A stretch of DNA of 64,000 bases from Candidatus Bathyarchaeia archaeon (GCA_049517415.1 JBEKSC010000009.1:21157-85156), one strand, 5' to 3'; positions 39,179 through 49,121 are shown, numbered from the stretch's first letter. The notes: a model not told the origin generated them from the sequence alone. Numbers and translations are program-made.

Positions 39179-39534
39179 TACAAAGTCACGACTTGAATTC
39201 CGTCTACGAGTTTTCCTGCGAAGTTCTTCTTCACGACGATCAGGCTAATCTGCTTACCCGTCCATAGATCAGTGTCGTCTCCATATTTCTCTGCGATTAT
39301 CTTGCTGTTCGTGCTGTTCAACGCAAGCTGCTTGGAGGTCTCGTTAAAGGAAAGAACGACCTTGTTCCTTGCATCTTCTCCTTGACCTAACTTCTTGACT
39401 TCTGCGGTCCTTATCGTTAGCATTGTGTTGTTGAGGTTCTCCGAAACAATATTCGTGGAGTTGAGATAGTTCCAGTTATCTCCAGCGTATGCGTTCTCTT
39501 CGTATTGACGATATACTTCCATTACATTGGCCAT
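39178..39534 (-). CDS. virus-type small protein, possibly ssDNA-binding
   Basis: LNSTN...IAEKYGDDTDLWTGKQISL resembles a recurrent phage motif. Confidence 0.55.
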   Translation of the reverse strand: MANVMEVYRQYEENAYAGDNWNYLNSTNIVSENLNNTMLTIRTAEVKKLGQGEDARNKVVLSFNETSKQLALNSTNSKIIAEKYGDDTDLWTGKQISLIVVKKNFAGKLVDGIQVVTL

Positions 39535-39588
39535 GTTTTCACACTCCTTGGGCTCTGTTTGCTTTGACCCATCAGAACCCATACCAAC

Positions 39589-39771
39589 TCAGCAAGCCCT
39601 CTTGCTGAAGCTGTCTATCGGCCTCACTTTCTTCAGCGTCTTCTTGTCTCGAAGCAACGATGATAATTTCGCGTTAAGTTCCTTCCTTAGTATCGACCGT
39701 TGCTCTTCCAAGTCCCTAATCTGTATCTGAATCTCTATTATCTCGTCTTGAAGTCTCTGTAGTTTGCTCAT
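39589..39771 (-). CDS. small coiled-coil protein
   Basis: Heptad pattern; GAGG upstream. Confidence 0.45.
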   Translation of the reverse strand: MSKLQRLQDEIIEIQIQIRDLEEQRSILRKELNAKLSSLLRDKKTLKKVRPIDSFSKRAC

Positions 39772-40299
39772 CGTCTCACATCCTCTCGAGTTAATAACGG
39801 GAGGCGAGTCTTCTTCGTTTCAGCGAAGCGTGGTCGAAGACCGAAAGGAAGAAAGAACGAGCCGACTCCGCGGATCGGGATTCTGTTTTGAATTGCGCTT
39901 TGCCCGTCAGAATATAGGTCCGATGGAATTCATGCGACAAAACTCATCAATGTTCTCGAAACCACACATTACATCATAGAAATCAATAAGCAAACATGTT
40001 CACAGAATTATCAACATCTCTCTAACTCCACGCGATGAAGGACGAAAGCCCTGAGCGCCTTCACATATTTTCCTACAAACCTGAAAAGTGAGACTTCGTT
40101 CTGCCAAGTGAGGAGATCGCATAAATGGCATTACACGCCCTCCGAACCTTTTGCAATCTGGCAGCATCTTCCGACAAAGACGGCTAAAGGAAGTATTTGA
40201 CCCCCACTTCGCTCAGCAAGGCAGAATCATGCGACCAGCCCGAATTGTAGTCTTAAGTTGTCTTCTCAGCTATGGATTGCGGACAGCGAGCAAAGTGAG

Positions 40300-40770
40300 T
40301 TAAGAAATATGCTCAGCTGGCGCAGATTCATTATAGAACAATCCGAAAATACTCAAGACCATCGGCCCTCGTAATTCATTTTTCGCGAGAAACATTTCCC
40401 AGTGCTTCTCAGGCTCATACTTGGGGTCGGGTTCTGTGTGAGGCCAGCTGACTATCTTGCCCAAGTATCGGCAGAGGTCTACGTGAAGGCGGAGAACAAC
40501 TTCATCGCCCCAGCGGGACAGCGGAACTCGGTATTCAGGAAAATTATGTGGAAACCCGACCGGTTTCGCCGTCGTTGGACCCTTGTGCGTGGGATTTTGC
40601 AGGATCGCTGTCGTATTCCATTCGAGGGCTTCGTAGGTTTTTCTGATGTCAGGTAGTCGAGTCAGTCGATGAATGAATATCTCATCAGACCGCAGATCAG
40701 ACCTCTCTGGAAGGTTGTCCCAGCCAATCGTTCGAGGCTGAATCTCTTGTTGCCCAACTTCTCCAGCCAA
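40300..40770 (-). CDS. hypothetical protein
   Basis: 156-aa ORF with GAGGAG RBS. Confidence 0.5.
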   Translation of the reverse strand: MAGEVGQQEIQPRTIGWDNLPERSDLRSDEIFIHRLTRLPDIRKTYEALEWNTTAILQNPTHKGPTTAKPVGFPHNFPEYRVPLSRWGDEVVLRLHVDLCRYLGKIVSWPHTEPDPKYEPEKHWEMFLAKNELRGPMVLSIFGLFYNESAPAEHIS

Positions 40771-40838
40771 TCCTGCTCCTCGAAGGGTTTTCGCATTGCC
40801 TTGAAATAAGGTTTCGACGTTCCACTCGTTTCATTTTG

Positions 40839-40870
40839 TATACCGGACGATTAGTCATCTATACCGGACG
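40839..40870 (+). repeat. 11-bp direct repeat TATACCGGACG x2 with 21-bp period
   Basis: 40839-40849 and 40860-40870, between divergent genes. Confidence 0.75.
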
Positions 40871-40920
40871 GGTGCGGGCACAATGGCTCAACTATAAGCG
40901 CTCTCGAAACCAAATAATGA

Positions 40921-41565
40921 ATGATGGCATTTTGGAATCGATGGTTCAGAAAAGAAGAATCGAAAGTTGAAACGACACAACCTGTTGCAAGTGACCGGGA
41001 GCTGGTCATGCAATGGGTTCAGAGCGTCAATGATTCACTCATAGGTATCGGAGAAGAACTGAGAAAGGTGCCTTCTGAAACGGCGGCCATCTACAATCAG
41101 AGTCTCGAAAACAGCAACCGAGACGTTCTAAGAAAGTTGGACGAGCTGCCTGATAAGATAACAGGGCCCTTGAAGGAGATGATCGCCATCTCGAAGCAGG
41201 AAATCTTGGCCGAACTAGTTCGCATCAGTTCGCACTATAATGCGCATCATTCGCATGATTCGGATAGTGCGCAGATTCTAAAACCCGTTCAAGAGATAAC
41301 GAATGGTTTGACGGGTAAGCAAAGGAAGCTTCTGGCTATACTCCTGGGTTCAGGGTTCCTCTCATACGCTGAGATCGGAGAGAAGCTTGGAATAACCCAC
41401 GAATCAGCAAAGAATCTTGTGAATAGGCTTCTAAAGGACAAAGAGAAGGCGAGGCTATTCTCAAAACAGGAGACCGATAGAGGCGTTATAGTGGGTGTGT
41501 CGAGCGAAGCTCAGGATGAGATATTAGAGAAAAAGTACCGAACTACAGCGAACGATTCGACATGA
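40921..41565 (+). CDS. coiled-coil plus wHTH protein
   Basis: LTGKQRKLL...LSYAEIGEKLGITHESAKNLVNRL. Confidence 0.75.
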   Translation: MMAFWNRWFRKEESKVETTQPVASDRELVMQWVQSVNDSLIGIGEELRKVPSETAAIYNQSLENSNRDVLRKLDELPDKITGPLKEMIAISKQEILAELVRISSHYNAHHSHDSDSAQILKPVQEITNGLTGKQRKLLAILLGSGFLSYAEIGEKLGITHESAKNLVNRLLKDKEKARLFSKQETDRGVIVGVSSEAQDEILEKKYRTTANDST

Positions 41566-41719
41566 TTCGACGAATGATTCGAACGATTCGCACGATGCGG
41601 ATAATTCGGCAGCGATTACTTTTGGACGTCTGAGGCTCATTGTTATTTATTGCCTTACGTGGCCGCTGAACAAGACCACCAGAAGATTCGTAAAGAACTT
41701 CCATCTCAGTGAATCCCCC

Positions 41720-42943
41720 TTGGTTAAGGGCATGTCATCTGAGACTGAACTTGCTGCAGTTACTGAGTCCCCTTCATCAGTAAATCGAACTATTGCAATT
41801 GTTAAAACGAATAAAGACTTGCTGCACAGATTCGTGTCATACGGTGAGTTTCTAGGAATCATCGTAGACGTATTCTACGATCTCGGTCACAGTCGAAAGA
41901 GAATAGCGATAAAGAATCTAGTAAAACGCAACTCTAGCGAGACCGTTGAGCCGGTGAGAGATGCCCCGTCTCCTGATCTCAATGTTAATCTCGCTTCGGC
42001 TGTTGACCTGAGGAAGTTTTTCCCAACAAAGCCTTTTCCGAATCATGGATACATTGGCACTGTAAGGGGCACAGATTATCCGGTTCCCATTGACCTAGAA
42101 AAACTCTGCTACCGAAATGCAGCAGTACTTGCTGGCACTGGTCACGGAAAATCGACGTTAGCTGCACTTCTCGCTTGCGAGCTATATGCATCCGGAAAGA
42201 GAATTGTTGTAATCGACCCTACTGGCGAGTGGAAACGAATTGTGAGGCAACTTGCTCCATCTCTCAGCATTCCCGAGGGCAGCATAAAGTGCGATGTAAT
42301 CCCCCCTATAGGAGACAATGATACACTTCTCTACGAGACGTCCAGAAGAATTCTAATCGCTGCCCTCAGACCAAATAGTGATTTGTTTGAGATTGTTGAT
42401 GTCTCATTTCCGGACTGGATTGGTTCAATCCTTGCCAAGAAGAAGAAACAACGCATGATGGCATGGCGTATTGAGGAGGATCTGATTAGCCAGGCATCAT
42501 CACATTTCGCGGAAACAGAAAAGACGTATGACTTCAAAACGTGCGTCATTCTTGAGGAGGCGCATGATTTTGTTCCGGCGAAACCGATGCACGATGACCA
42601 AGAGGCACTCACTGAAACGTTCGCGGTAGCAACCAAAGAGTTCAGGAAGCATGGTCTCGGACACATCTTTATCGACCAAAGCCTAAGAACAATTTCACCG
42701 GAATTGCAAATCCAAACATTCCTATTTGGGTCAACTAATGCCCCTGCAGACCTACTTTTTCTGAGAAAACAGCTTGGGGAGGACATTGCTTCAGCGATAC
42801 AGCGCACAAGTGCCACATTGACGAGAACATGGGTTGCTTTTGGAGAAGCTACCCCTGTGCCCAACATACCTTGGGAATTAGAGATGCCGAATAGCTCGAG
42901 AATTCCCGAACTCCTAAAAACTACAAGCCAAGTGACTCAATGA
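41720..42943 (+). CDS. HerA/DUF87 ATPase
   Basis: AGTGHGKS, IDPTGE, ILEEAH, EFRKHG...IDQ; start uncertain. Confidence 0.85.
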   Translation: MVKGMSSETELAAVTESPSSVNRTIAIVKTNKDLLHRFVSYGEFLGIIVDVFYDLGHSRKRIAIKNLVKRNSSETVEPVRDAPSPDLNVNLASAVDLRKFFPTKPFPNHGYIGTVRGTDYPVPIDLEKLCYRNAAVLAGTGHGKSTLAALLACELYASGKRIVVIDPTGEWKRIVRQLAPSLSIPEGSIKCDVIPPIGDNDTLLYETSRRILIAALRPNSDLFEIVDVSFPDWIGSILAKKKKQRMMAWRIEEDLISQASSHFAETEKTYDFKTCVILEEAHDFVPAKPMHDDQEALTETFAVATKEFRKHGLGHIFIDQSLRTISPELQIQTFLFGSTNAPADLLFLRKQLGEDIASAIQRTSATLTRTWVAFGEATPVPNIPWELEMPNSSRIPELLKTTSQVTQ

Positions 42944-43071
42944 ATTTGACTGACGGAATGTGTGTCTTGTGGCGTGGTACTGATGGTGGGTACACACGCA
43001 ATCGCCCGATTGATGATTGACGAGTATACAGGAGTGTTGGAACACAGAGAGAAACTCTTCGTGGTTTAACC

Positions 43072-44322
43072 ATGCCGACTTCATATCGAACGTACGCAGG
43101 TAGCGGAATCGTTACGTTTAGAGACGGATACGCAGTGGACGCTCCCTTTTCGATTGAATGTAGAACAAATGCGCAAATGGAAATTACGATAATTGTACAA
43201 GACCTGCAAACAGCGGTCAACGTTCACAGACGAATGTTACAATCCGCGAGCCTCCGAGGTCAGGGCGGGACTCCACCGGCTCGCATTACAGTCTCATCAC
43301 TCACACTATATGGTGTAACTAAGTCCTCAGGCGAGGCAAGCCGGTTCCGGTTTTTACCGAGCGATAACGGAGAACTGAGAATAACAGGTCAAAGCCTGCC
43401 ACGGACAGGCGTCGTCACCGCCAAGTTCGGATTGATCAATTTTCTCTTGCCAAATTCAATACATGCAAGGTTATCGGGGCGCTTTTTCAATTTTGACCCA
43501 TTAGGAAATTACTCGATGTTTGAGCAGAAATTGTCTACAGGAGAACCAGAAGTGACCACGGAGGTTACAATCGTCTGTACTCCTTCGGACCTCAAGAGTC
43601 TCGACCGCACCATGAGAGACGTTACGCTCCTTCTCTCTTTTGCAGCAGGTACTTACATATCGATCGCTTATGCAGACGTCCTGCTGAACAACGTAGTTAT
43701 TGCAACCGTAATACGTCATGAGAAGTTCCTCGATTATTATGATAGGGTACCGGTAATCGACATAAGAATTCACCCAGGTCACCTACAATTTTTCCTTCAA
43801 GGTAGCTTTGACCATTACCAAACACTGAAAAAGAAACTAAGACTGGATTTGGCGTTGGAATATTGTATTATGGCGAAATCTGCAACCTATCTGGACATAA
43901 AATTCGTCGTGATTTTTATAGCGTTAGAGTCACTATTGACGCGGCTTCAGAATCATATCCCTAGGAAGGAAACGGGATGGATCGAGACATTCTTTACTAG
44001 GCTAAAACGTGCTTGGACTTTCTTGGGCAAAGAAAAACCTCAATCATTGGTATTGGTAAGACTACAAAAGGCCCTCGAGTACTACTCACTCAATGACAGG
44101 TCCGGGGTATCTGCCGCTTCACCTTCAAATGGTAGTCCCAATTACGCTAAGATTAGGAACTGGCTGGTGCATGGTGGAAAGTTCCCTAAGAACGTGAATC
44201 CACTTCAGGTAACTTATTCAGCTCTAGACACCTATCAACGACTTTTGCTTGCAATCTTGGGTTACAGAGACTTCTATATTGACTGCTCTGTACAACCTTT
44301 CGCCACACGCATTGTCGACTAG
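43072..44322 (+). CDS. ApeA-like HEPN domain protein
   Basis: FIALESL and C-terminal RNWLVH (RxxxxH); beta-rich N-terminus. Confidence 0.7.
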   Translation: MPTSYRTYAGSGIVTFRDGYAVDAPFSIECRTNAQMEITIIVQDLQTAVNVHRRMLQSASLRGQGGTPPARITVSSLTLYGVTKSSGEASRFRFLPSDNGELRITGQSLPRTGVVTAKFGLINFLLPNSIHARLSGRFFNFDPLGNYSMFEQKLSTGEPEVTTEVTIVCTPSDLKSLDRTMRDVTLLLSFAAGTYISIAYADVLLNNVVIATVIRHEKFLDYYDRVPVIDIRIHPGHLQFFLQGSFDHYQTLKKKLRLDLALEYCIMAKSATYLDIKFVVIFIALESLLTRLQNHIPRKETGWIETFFTRLKRAWTFLGKEKPQSLVLVRLQKALEYYSLNDRSGVSAASPSNGSPNYAKIRNWLVHGGKFPKNVNPLQVTYSALDTYQRLLLAILGYRDFYIDCSVQPFATRIVD

Positions 44323-44467
44323 TCATTGTTTGAATCATCGACAATTCGAGGTTTATGCCGAGACGTTCCTTTCAGTTGCCAAAGTATTTCTTTGTCCACT
44401 TAAGTGTGCGTTCTAATGCTGCAAGCAGGCGAATTTGAACTATAGATTTGAATGACGAATATATGGA

Positions 44468-44731
44468 CTAAAACAAAACTTTCTCTCTAACAATTGGATT
44501 CTTTGAGTATGTCACGATTCCAGACGGGTCTTCGTATCTGAATATCATCTGCTCAACGGTCATCTGTTCTAAGTACTTGTGAACGGTTTCCCATCTGAGA
44601 TGAGGTGTCTGTAGCAGCTGTCTCAATCTGAGAGTTACTGTCCAGGCTCTAAGGTCAGCCCCTGCGTCCTCCAAGACTTGCAGTATGTTTGGTTTCAGCA
44701 TTCCCCCAATCGGCTTCGGGCCGGTCTTCAT
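44468..44731 (-). CDS. small wHTH protein
   Basis: WETVHKYLEQM helix followed by a wing. Confidence 0.55.
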   Translation of the reverse strand: MKTGPKPIGGMLKPNILQVLEDAGADLRAWTVTLRLRQLLQTPHLRWETVHKYLEQMTVEQMIFRYEDPSGIVTYSKNPIVREKVLF

Positions 44732-44998
44732 ATCAATTACTTGATTTTTCAAAAATAAATAGACGAAAACAGTCGAAATGCGTAACAAATCATCGAAGAT
44801 ATGCGAAATGGATAACGGAATTGTGAAGGATACGATGAGAAGGCGCTCCACAACGACGAGAGGATACCGAGAATCTGTATGTGAATATTTTTGTTAGTAC
44901 GGTATAGTACTAATAGTAGTTTTGTTGGCAAATATAGGTAGTAGTAGGCTCTTCCTGAGAACAGTACGTCGTAACGATAACATTTCTGTTAACCGTTT

Positions 44999-45346
44999 CT
45001 ATAATTTCATGAACTCTTCAGTGTTCTTGAAGTAAACTATCTTCTTAACGAGCCCTTCCTGGCCCTTGGCGATTTCGTAGAATGCTGGGTTTGTTTTAGG
45101 GAGTTTCTTTAGTATTCCGAGAGCAGCAAGTTTTCCGAGTCGCCGACAGATCGTCATCTTCGAGACCTTGATGCCCCTCAGCGTGAACAGCAGCCATATC
45201 GAATGCAATGACTGCGTGGTTGTGTCAAGCGGATAGTCAAGCTTCGTCAAAAAGGAGCTGAGTATCTTGAAGTCATGCCAGTCAAACTGGCTGCAGAACT
45301 GTTCAAATGATGACTGCCCCTCGAGGAGCTCTTCTGTGAGATTCAC
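44999..45346 (-). CDS. wHTH protein
   Basis: VSKMTICRRLGKLAALGIL...TNPAFY. Confidence 0.6.
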   Translation of the reverse strand: MNLTEELLEGQSSFEQFCSQFDWHDFKILSSFLTKLDYPLDTTTQSLHSIWLLFTLRGIKVSKMTICRRLGKLAALGILKKLPKTNPAFYEIAKGQEGLVKKIVYFKNTEEFMKL

Positions 45347-45449
45347 TGTTAATTCTTGGCTGGCATAGCATAAATAATCGCATGGTCGAGGCTGCTCAAT
45401 CTATTTGAATTCTGAAAGCCAATTCAATAATTGAAAACTAGGTGCTGGC

Positions 45450-46922
45450 GTGAATGAAGTCCTTGAGAAAGTTGAACTGAACAGAATTCGTAGAGTCGCT
45501 GCTCGCAAGAGCGACCCCAGTCTTGACGAACTCACTAAATCAATTCAAGAAACAGGAATTCTGGAACCGCTACTCGTAAGAAAGAAAGGCTCATTTTATG
45601 AACTTCTAGCTGGCTCAAGACGGCTGCAGGCGGCGGAGAAAGCAGGCCTGAAGACCGTTCCCGTCATTGTCATGAACGTTTCCGAGGAAAAAGCCTTCGA
45701 GATCTCGCTTACGGAGAATCTGCAGCGAGAGAACCTATCACCGTTAGAGGTTGGAACGGCTCTGAGCGAGGGCATCAAACGGTTCAATTTGAGTCAGAGA
45801 GAGCTAGCCAGAAAACTCGGCAAAGATGTGGCCTGGGTCAACCGACACGTTCAGTTGCTCAACCTCCCAAAGCAAGTCAGAGAATCGTTGACACGTGTCA
45901 ACGGCTTAACCGAAGGTCATGCAAGGCACCTGCTAGGGCTAGATCCGAAAGAACAGGTTCGCATCGCGCGCCTTGCGGTCGAACAGAATTTAACAACCCG
46001 TGAGACCGAAATGGTCGTCCGACGGGCACGGATACCTGTTGTATCTCGCAGGTCCGACTCGGTCTCCTCTGAAAGGAATTCCAATTATAACGATAAATGG
46101 CGGGAAATCAACGACCTCGATCCTAGTCGTTGGAAGGAGTACGCTGACAAGCTATCGTTTCAGTTTCATTCTGTCTGGCCCATGAGCAGGCGCCATGACC
46201 CGTTTTATGGTGTGAATGGAACAATCTATCCTGGCACGTTTCCGATGATGGTCCCCCTCAATTGCATTACGAGATACTCTCAAGAAGGAGAACTTGTTCT
46301 CGACCCAATGGCTGGCAGCGGGACCACTCTCGTAGCTTGTGCAATGCTGAATCGCCTTGGATTAGGAATCGATCTGAACCCAGAGGCTGAGCGAGCAAAG
46401 GAAAAGCGCTTCGAAATAGTCGCACTGAAGGAACCGAAACTTAAGCCCAAACTTCAACAGCAGAGGTTCATCCTAGGAGACGCAAGAGACCTCAAGTTCC
46501 TTGAGGATAATTCGGTTGACCTGATAATCGGCCACCCACCATATCTCGACATGATGGACTACGGTCAAGGGGCTACATTCAAGGATGTTACAAGTTATCA
46601 TAGATTCTTATGGGAAATACTGTCAGAATCCTATCGTGTGCTGAAGCCCGGAAGATTTTGCTGTTTCCAAATAGCCCCATTTGCGGCACGAAATCTGCCT
46701 CTCCACCATTATCTTCTGCAAAGCGCGTTGGAGCTTGGTTTCGAGTTTGAAGATGAAATCGTCCTTGCATTCTTGGCTGATTATGTGGGCTACTCTTCTT
46801 CAGTTTCGGGAAGGGACACTGGCATAATGCATAAGCAAGCTTTCGCGAGCTGGTTCAGTATCAAACATAATACCTACAACCACAACCACGAATATCTCAT
46901 CATACTGAGGAAGAGGCACTAA
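45450..46922 (+). CDS. ParB/Spo0J domain fused to an amino DNA methyltransferase
   Basis: GILEPLLVR, AGSRR, ENLQRENL, HTH; then DPMAGSGTT and HPPY. Confidence 0.9.
   Translation: MNEVLEKVELNRIRRVAARKSDPSLDELTKSIQETGILEPLLVRKKGSFYELLAGSRRLQAAEKAGLKTVPVIVMNVSEEKAFEISLTENLQRENLSPLEVGTALSEGIKRFNLSQRELARKLGKDVAWVNRHVQLLNLPKQVRESLTRVNGLTEGHARHLLGLDPKEQVRIARLAVEQNLTTRETEMVVRRARIPVVSRRSDSVSSERNSNYNDKWREINDLDPSRWKEYADKLSFQFHSVWPMSRRHDPFYGVNGTIYPGTFPMMVPLNCITRYSQEGELVLDPMAGSGTTLVACAMLNRLGLGIDLNPEAERAKEKRFEIVALKEPKLKPKLQQQRFILGDARDLKFLEDNSVDLIIGHPPYLDMMDYGQGATFKDVTSYHRFLWEILSESYRVLKPGRFCCFQIAPFAARNLPLHHYLLQSALELGFEFEDEIVLAFLADYVGYSSSVSGRDTGIMHKQAFASWFSIKHNTYNHNHEYLIILRKRH
45886..45903. promoter_or_regulatory. 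perfect 18-bp palindrome CGTTGACACGTGTCAACG, parS-like, inside parB
   Basis: Perfect inverted repeat with a CACGTG core just after the HTH codons. Confidence 0.55.
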
Positions 46923-48711
46923 CCCTTGAGATGCTGGCAAGCCTGCTTTGGGCGATCTTGACATATTCGGGATTCAACTCTATCCCAACGAAATCTCTAC
47001 CCAGCTTCTTGGCTACAACAAGTGTGGTCCCGCTTCCTGCAAACATGTCCAGGACGATGCCAGGTCGAAAACCTTGTCCGCATTCACATTTTTTGACAGT
47101 TGGAAGCTGAGGCATACCGCATTTCGTGCACACCTTTTCAGGACAGCTTGACAGAATCGGCCTAACGCAGATCTCTTCTGGATATACAGCAAAGTGTGCG
47201 AATGGATGTGGCTTGCTATTGATTTTCCATAGATCACCGGGATTCTTGCCGAGAGGATGGTCATGTCTTACAGTCTTGCCAGTATGCCCACCATGTGCAA
47301 TACCCATGGACAGAAGCTGGAAGTGCCGCGGTTCGTGTGGAGGATACTTGGGGTAATTCTTCTCATCGTATGCTTTTGCTTCACGTTCTGAGGCATGTGC
47401 AAGAACGCCCCATTTTTGTTTCAGTCTGCCTTTCTGAGCGTCACGAACTCTAATGTTGAAGGGCTTGGCTGCGAATTTGTGCGGCACACGGATTGCATCA
47501 AGGTTGTAGTAGTACTTCCTCGATTTGACGAAGTGGAAAACGTGCTCGTACGTATTACTTAGTCTGTCTTTCACACTCGCAGGCATCGAGTTTGGCTTGT
47601 GCCAAACAATTGCGTTGCGTAAGATCCACCGCTGCGGCTTAATTAGTTGGAAGTATTGGAGAAGGTATGCTGGGATGTCTGCTTTTCTGAGTGTGACTCG
47701 ATTTCGGCGTGAGGACAAATTCCGTACTTCCCGATTGCAAAATTGCAATTCATGCAAAGCACTCTGAAGCCTTCTGGATAATTTGCATGTTTCAGCCATT
47801 CGTAAATTGAGCCGTATCTCTTTATTTCCTTCCTGTGCTGGGTGCCATTCCCGTTCACATGATCTATAGTTAAGAAGGGAAGTCTTGTTTCTCGACAACA
47901 TGCACATGTCGGCGGATTGTTTCCATAACGAATCAGAGCCTCGAATCTGAGTTTGTGGTGCCGTTTCGCATTGCCTCTTATCTTCCTTAAGATCTCCTGT
48001 TCGCGGTGCGTCCAGTAGTATTTCTCGCTGTACTTCTTGGTCTTCTCTGGATTCCTTTTCCTCCATTCGGCCGTTCTTCTTCTGTATTGTTCTCTGTGTT
48101 CTGTTCTCCATTTCTTCCCGTAGATCCGGAAGTATTCTCTCTGTTTGTCTGGGTTCTTGTACGGGATAATTATCTGAGTTTTCTTGGTTTTGAAGGAATT
48201 TATTCTTGAGAAGCATATCCAAAAGATTTGCTCGCTCTTGCGGTGTCAAATCGTCTCTCAATTCGTAAACGTCATTACGGTTGTCATCGATGAGACCTAT
48301 TGCGAGGCGCCATGGAATTCCTATCATGGATTTTGCCGGAATAACGTCCGTGATTGAAGCTTGAGGACTTGTATCAGGAAAGCCCTCTTTCATGCCATCT
48401 TGCTTTCCCCAAGTTTCGACTCCGCCCAGTTTTGAATGGGAACCGCCGCCAGAATACGTGTCGCCCATGTTGAGATAGAAACTCCCAGTTCTTTTCAGAA
48501 CACGCTTCAACTCATCGAATATCTTCAATAGCTTGGATATGTATTCGCGGAAATCTGGTTCAAGTCCGAGTTGTTCTCTAATTCCGTAATCTCTGAGCGC
48601 CCAGTAGGGCGGCGAGGTCATGCAGAAATCGATACTCTCGTCTGGGAGTTTTCGGAGTTCTTCGAGGGCATCTCCACATATGATCTCGTTTACTGAAAGT
48701 TCATTCTCTAT
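46900..48711 (-). CDS. beta-class DNA methyltransferase with a ~218-codon insertion
   Basis: ICGDALEEL..TSPPY..WILRNAIVWHKPN..HFAVYP..DMFAGSGTT; the frame extends 30 codons above the listed ATG to a possible ATA start at 48711. Confidence 0.85.
   Translation of the reverse strand: MENELSVNEIICGDALEELRKLPDESIDFCMTSPPYWALRDYGIREQLGLEPDFREYISKLLKIFDELKRVLKRTGSFYLNMGDTYSGGGSHSKLGGVETWGKQDGMKEGFPDTSPQASITDVIPAKSMIGIPWRLAIGLIDDNRNDVYELRDDLTPQERANLLDMLLKNKFLQNQENSDNYPVQEPRQTERILPDLREEMENRTQRTIQKKNGRMEEKESREDQEVQREILLDAPRTGDLKEDKRQCETAPQTQIRGSDSLWKQSADMCMLSRNKTSLLNYRSCEREWHPAQEGNKEIRLNLRMAETCKLSRRLQSALHELQFCNREVRNLSSRRNRVTLRKADIPAYLLQYFQLIKPQRWILRNAIVWHKPNSMPASVKDRLSNTYEHVFHFVKSRKYYYNLDAIRVPHKFAAKPFNIRVRDAQKGRLKQKWGVLAHASEREAKAYDEKNYPKYPPHEPRHFQLLSMGIAHGGHTGKTVRHDHPLGKNPGDLWKINSKPHPFAHFAVYPEEICVRPILSSCPEKVCTKCGMPQLPTVKKCECGQGFRPGIVLDMFAGSGTTLVVAKKLGRDFVGIELNPEYVKIAQSRLASISRVSASSSV
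47643..48167 (-). CDS. HNH endonuclease nested in the +1 frame of the MTase
   Basis: IPYKNPDKQREY...CACC...LTIDHVNGNG...LCMNCN...CPH; no ATG (ATA/ATT/ATC at 48173-48165). Confidence 0.75.
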   Translation of the reverse strand: MPYKNPDKQREYFRIYGKKWRTEHREQYRRRTAEWRKRNPEKTKKYSEKYYWTHREQEILRKIRGNAKRHHKLRFEALIRYGNNPPTCACCRETRLPFLTIDHVNGNGTQHRKEIKRYGSIYEWLKHANYPEGFRVLCMNCNFAIGKYGICPHAEIESHSEKQTSQHTFSNTSN

Positions 48712-49121
48712 GGTCTCACGTTATTTTTCGTTCAGTCTTTTCATCTAAAGTAATGTTGGTTTTCTATTGTCAAATAGATTAGCTGTTAACAAAGCAACAG
48801 CAACAGAATTCACCCTCGACCATTTATAACATCGACACTGAATTAATTTCAGTTGCCTGACGATTCGCCATTTGCGTACGAAGAAGTATTCATTCTATCT
48901 CTGACGCAGCAGGTCCTAGAGGACAAAGAGGAGAGAACCAGAAGGCAGGAAACCATAGAAAACTACTTCATCAGCTTGACAAAGTGGGCCTTAGGCGAAT
49001 ATGAATTCTCACGTCGTATGGGTTTCGAAGGCAACGGTTGAGGGTTCTAAAGACGTTGTTTACTTTCGGGGAGTCGCTTAATGTCGGTGAGTCGTAAAAG
49101 CGCTAATTAGATATCAGCGCG

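Noticed and set aside
47629..48282. Intein in the MTase
   Set aside because: No N-terminal C/S and no C-terminal HN-C/S/T splicing residues
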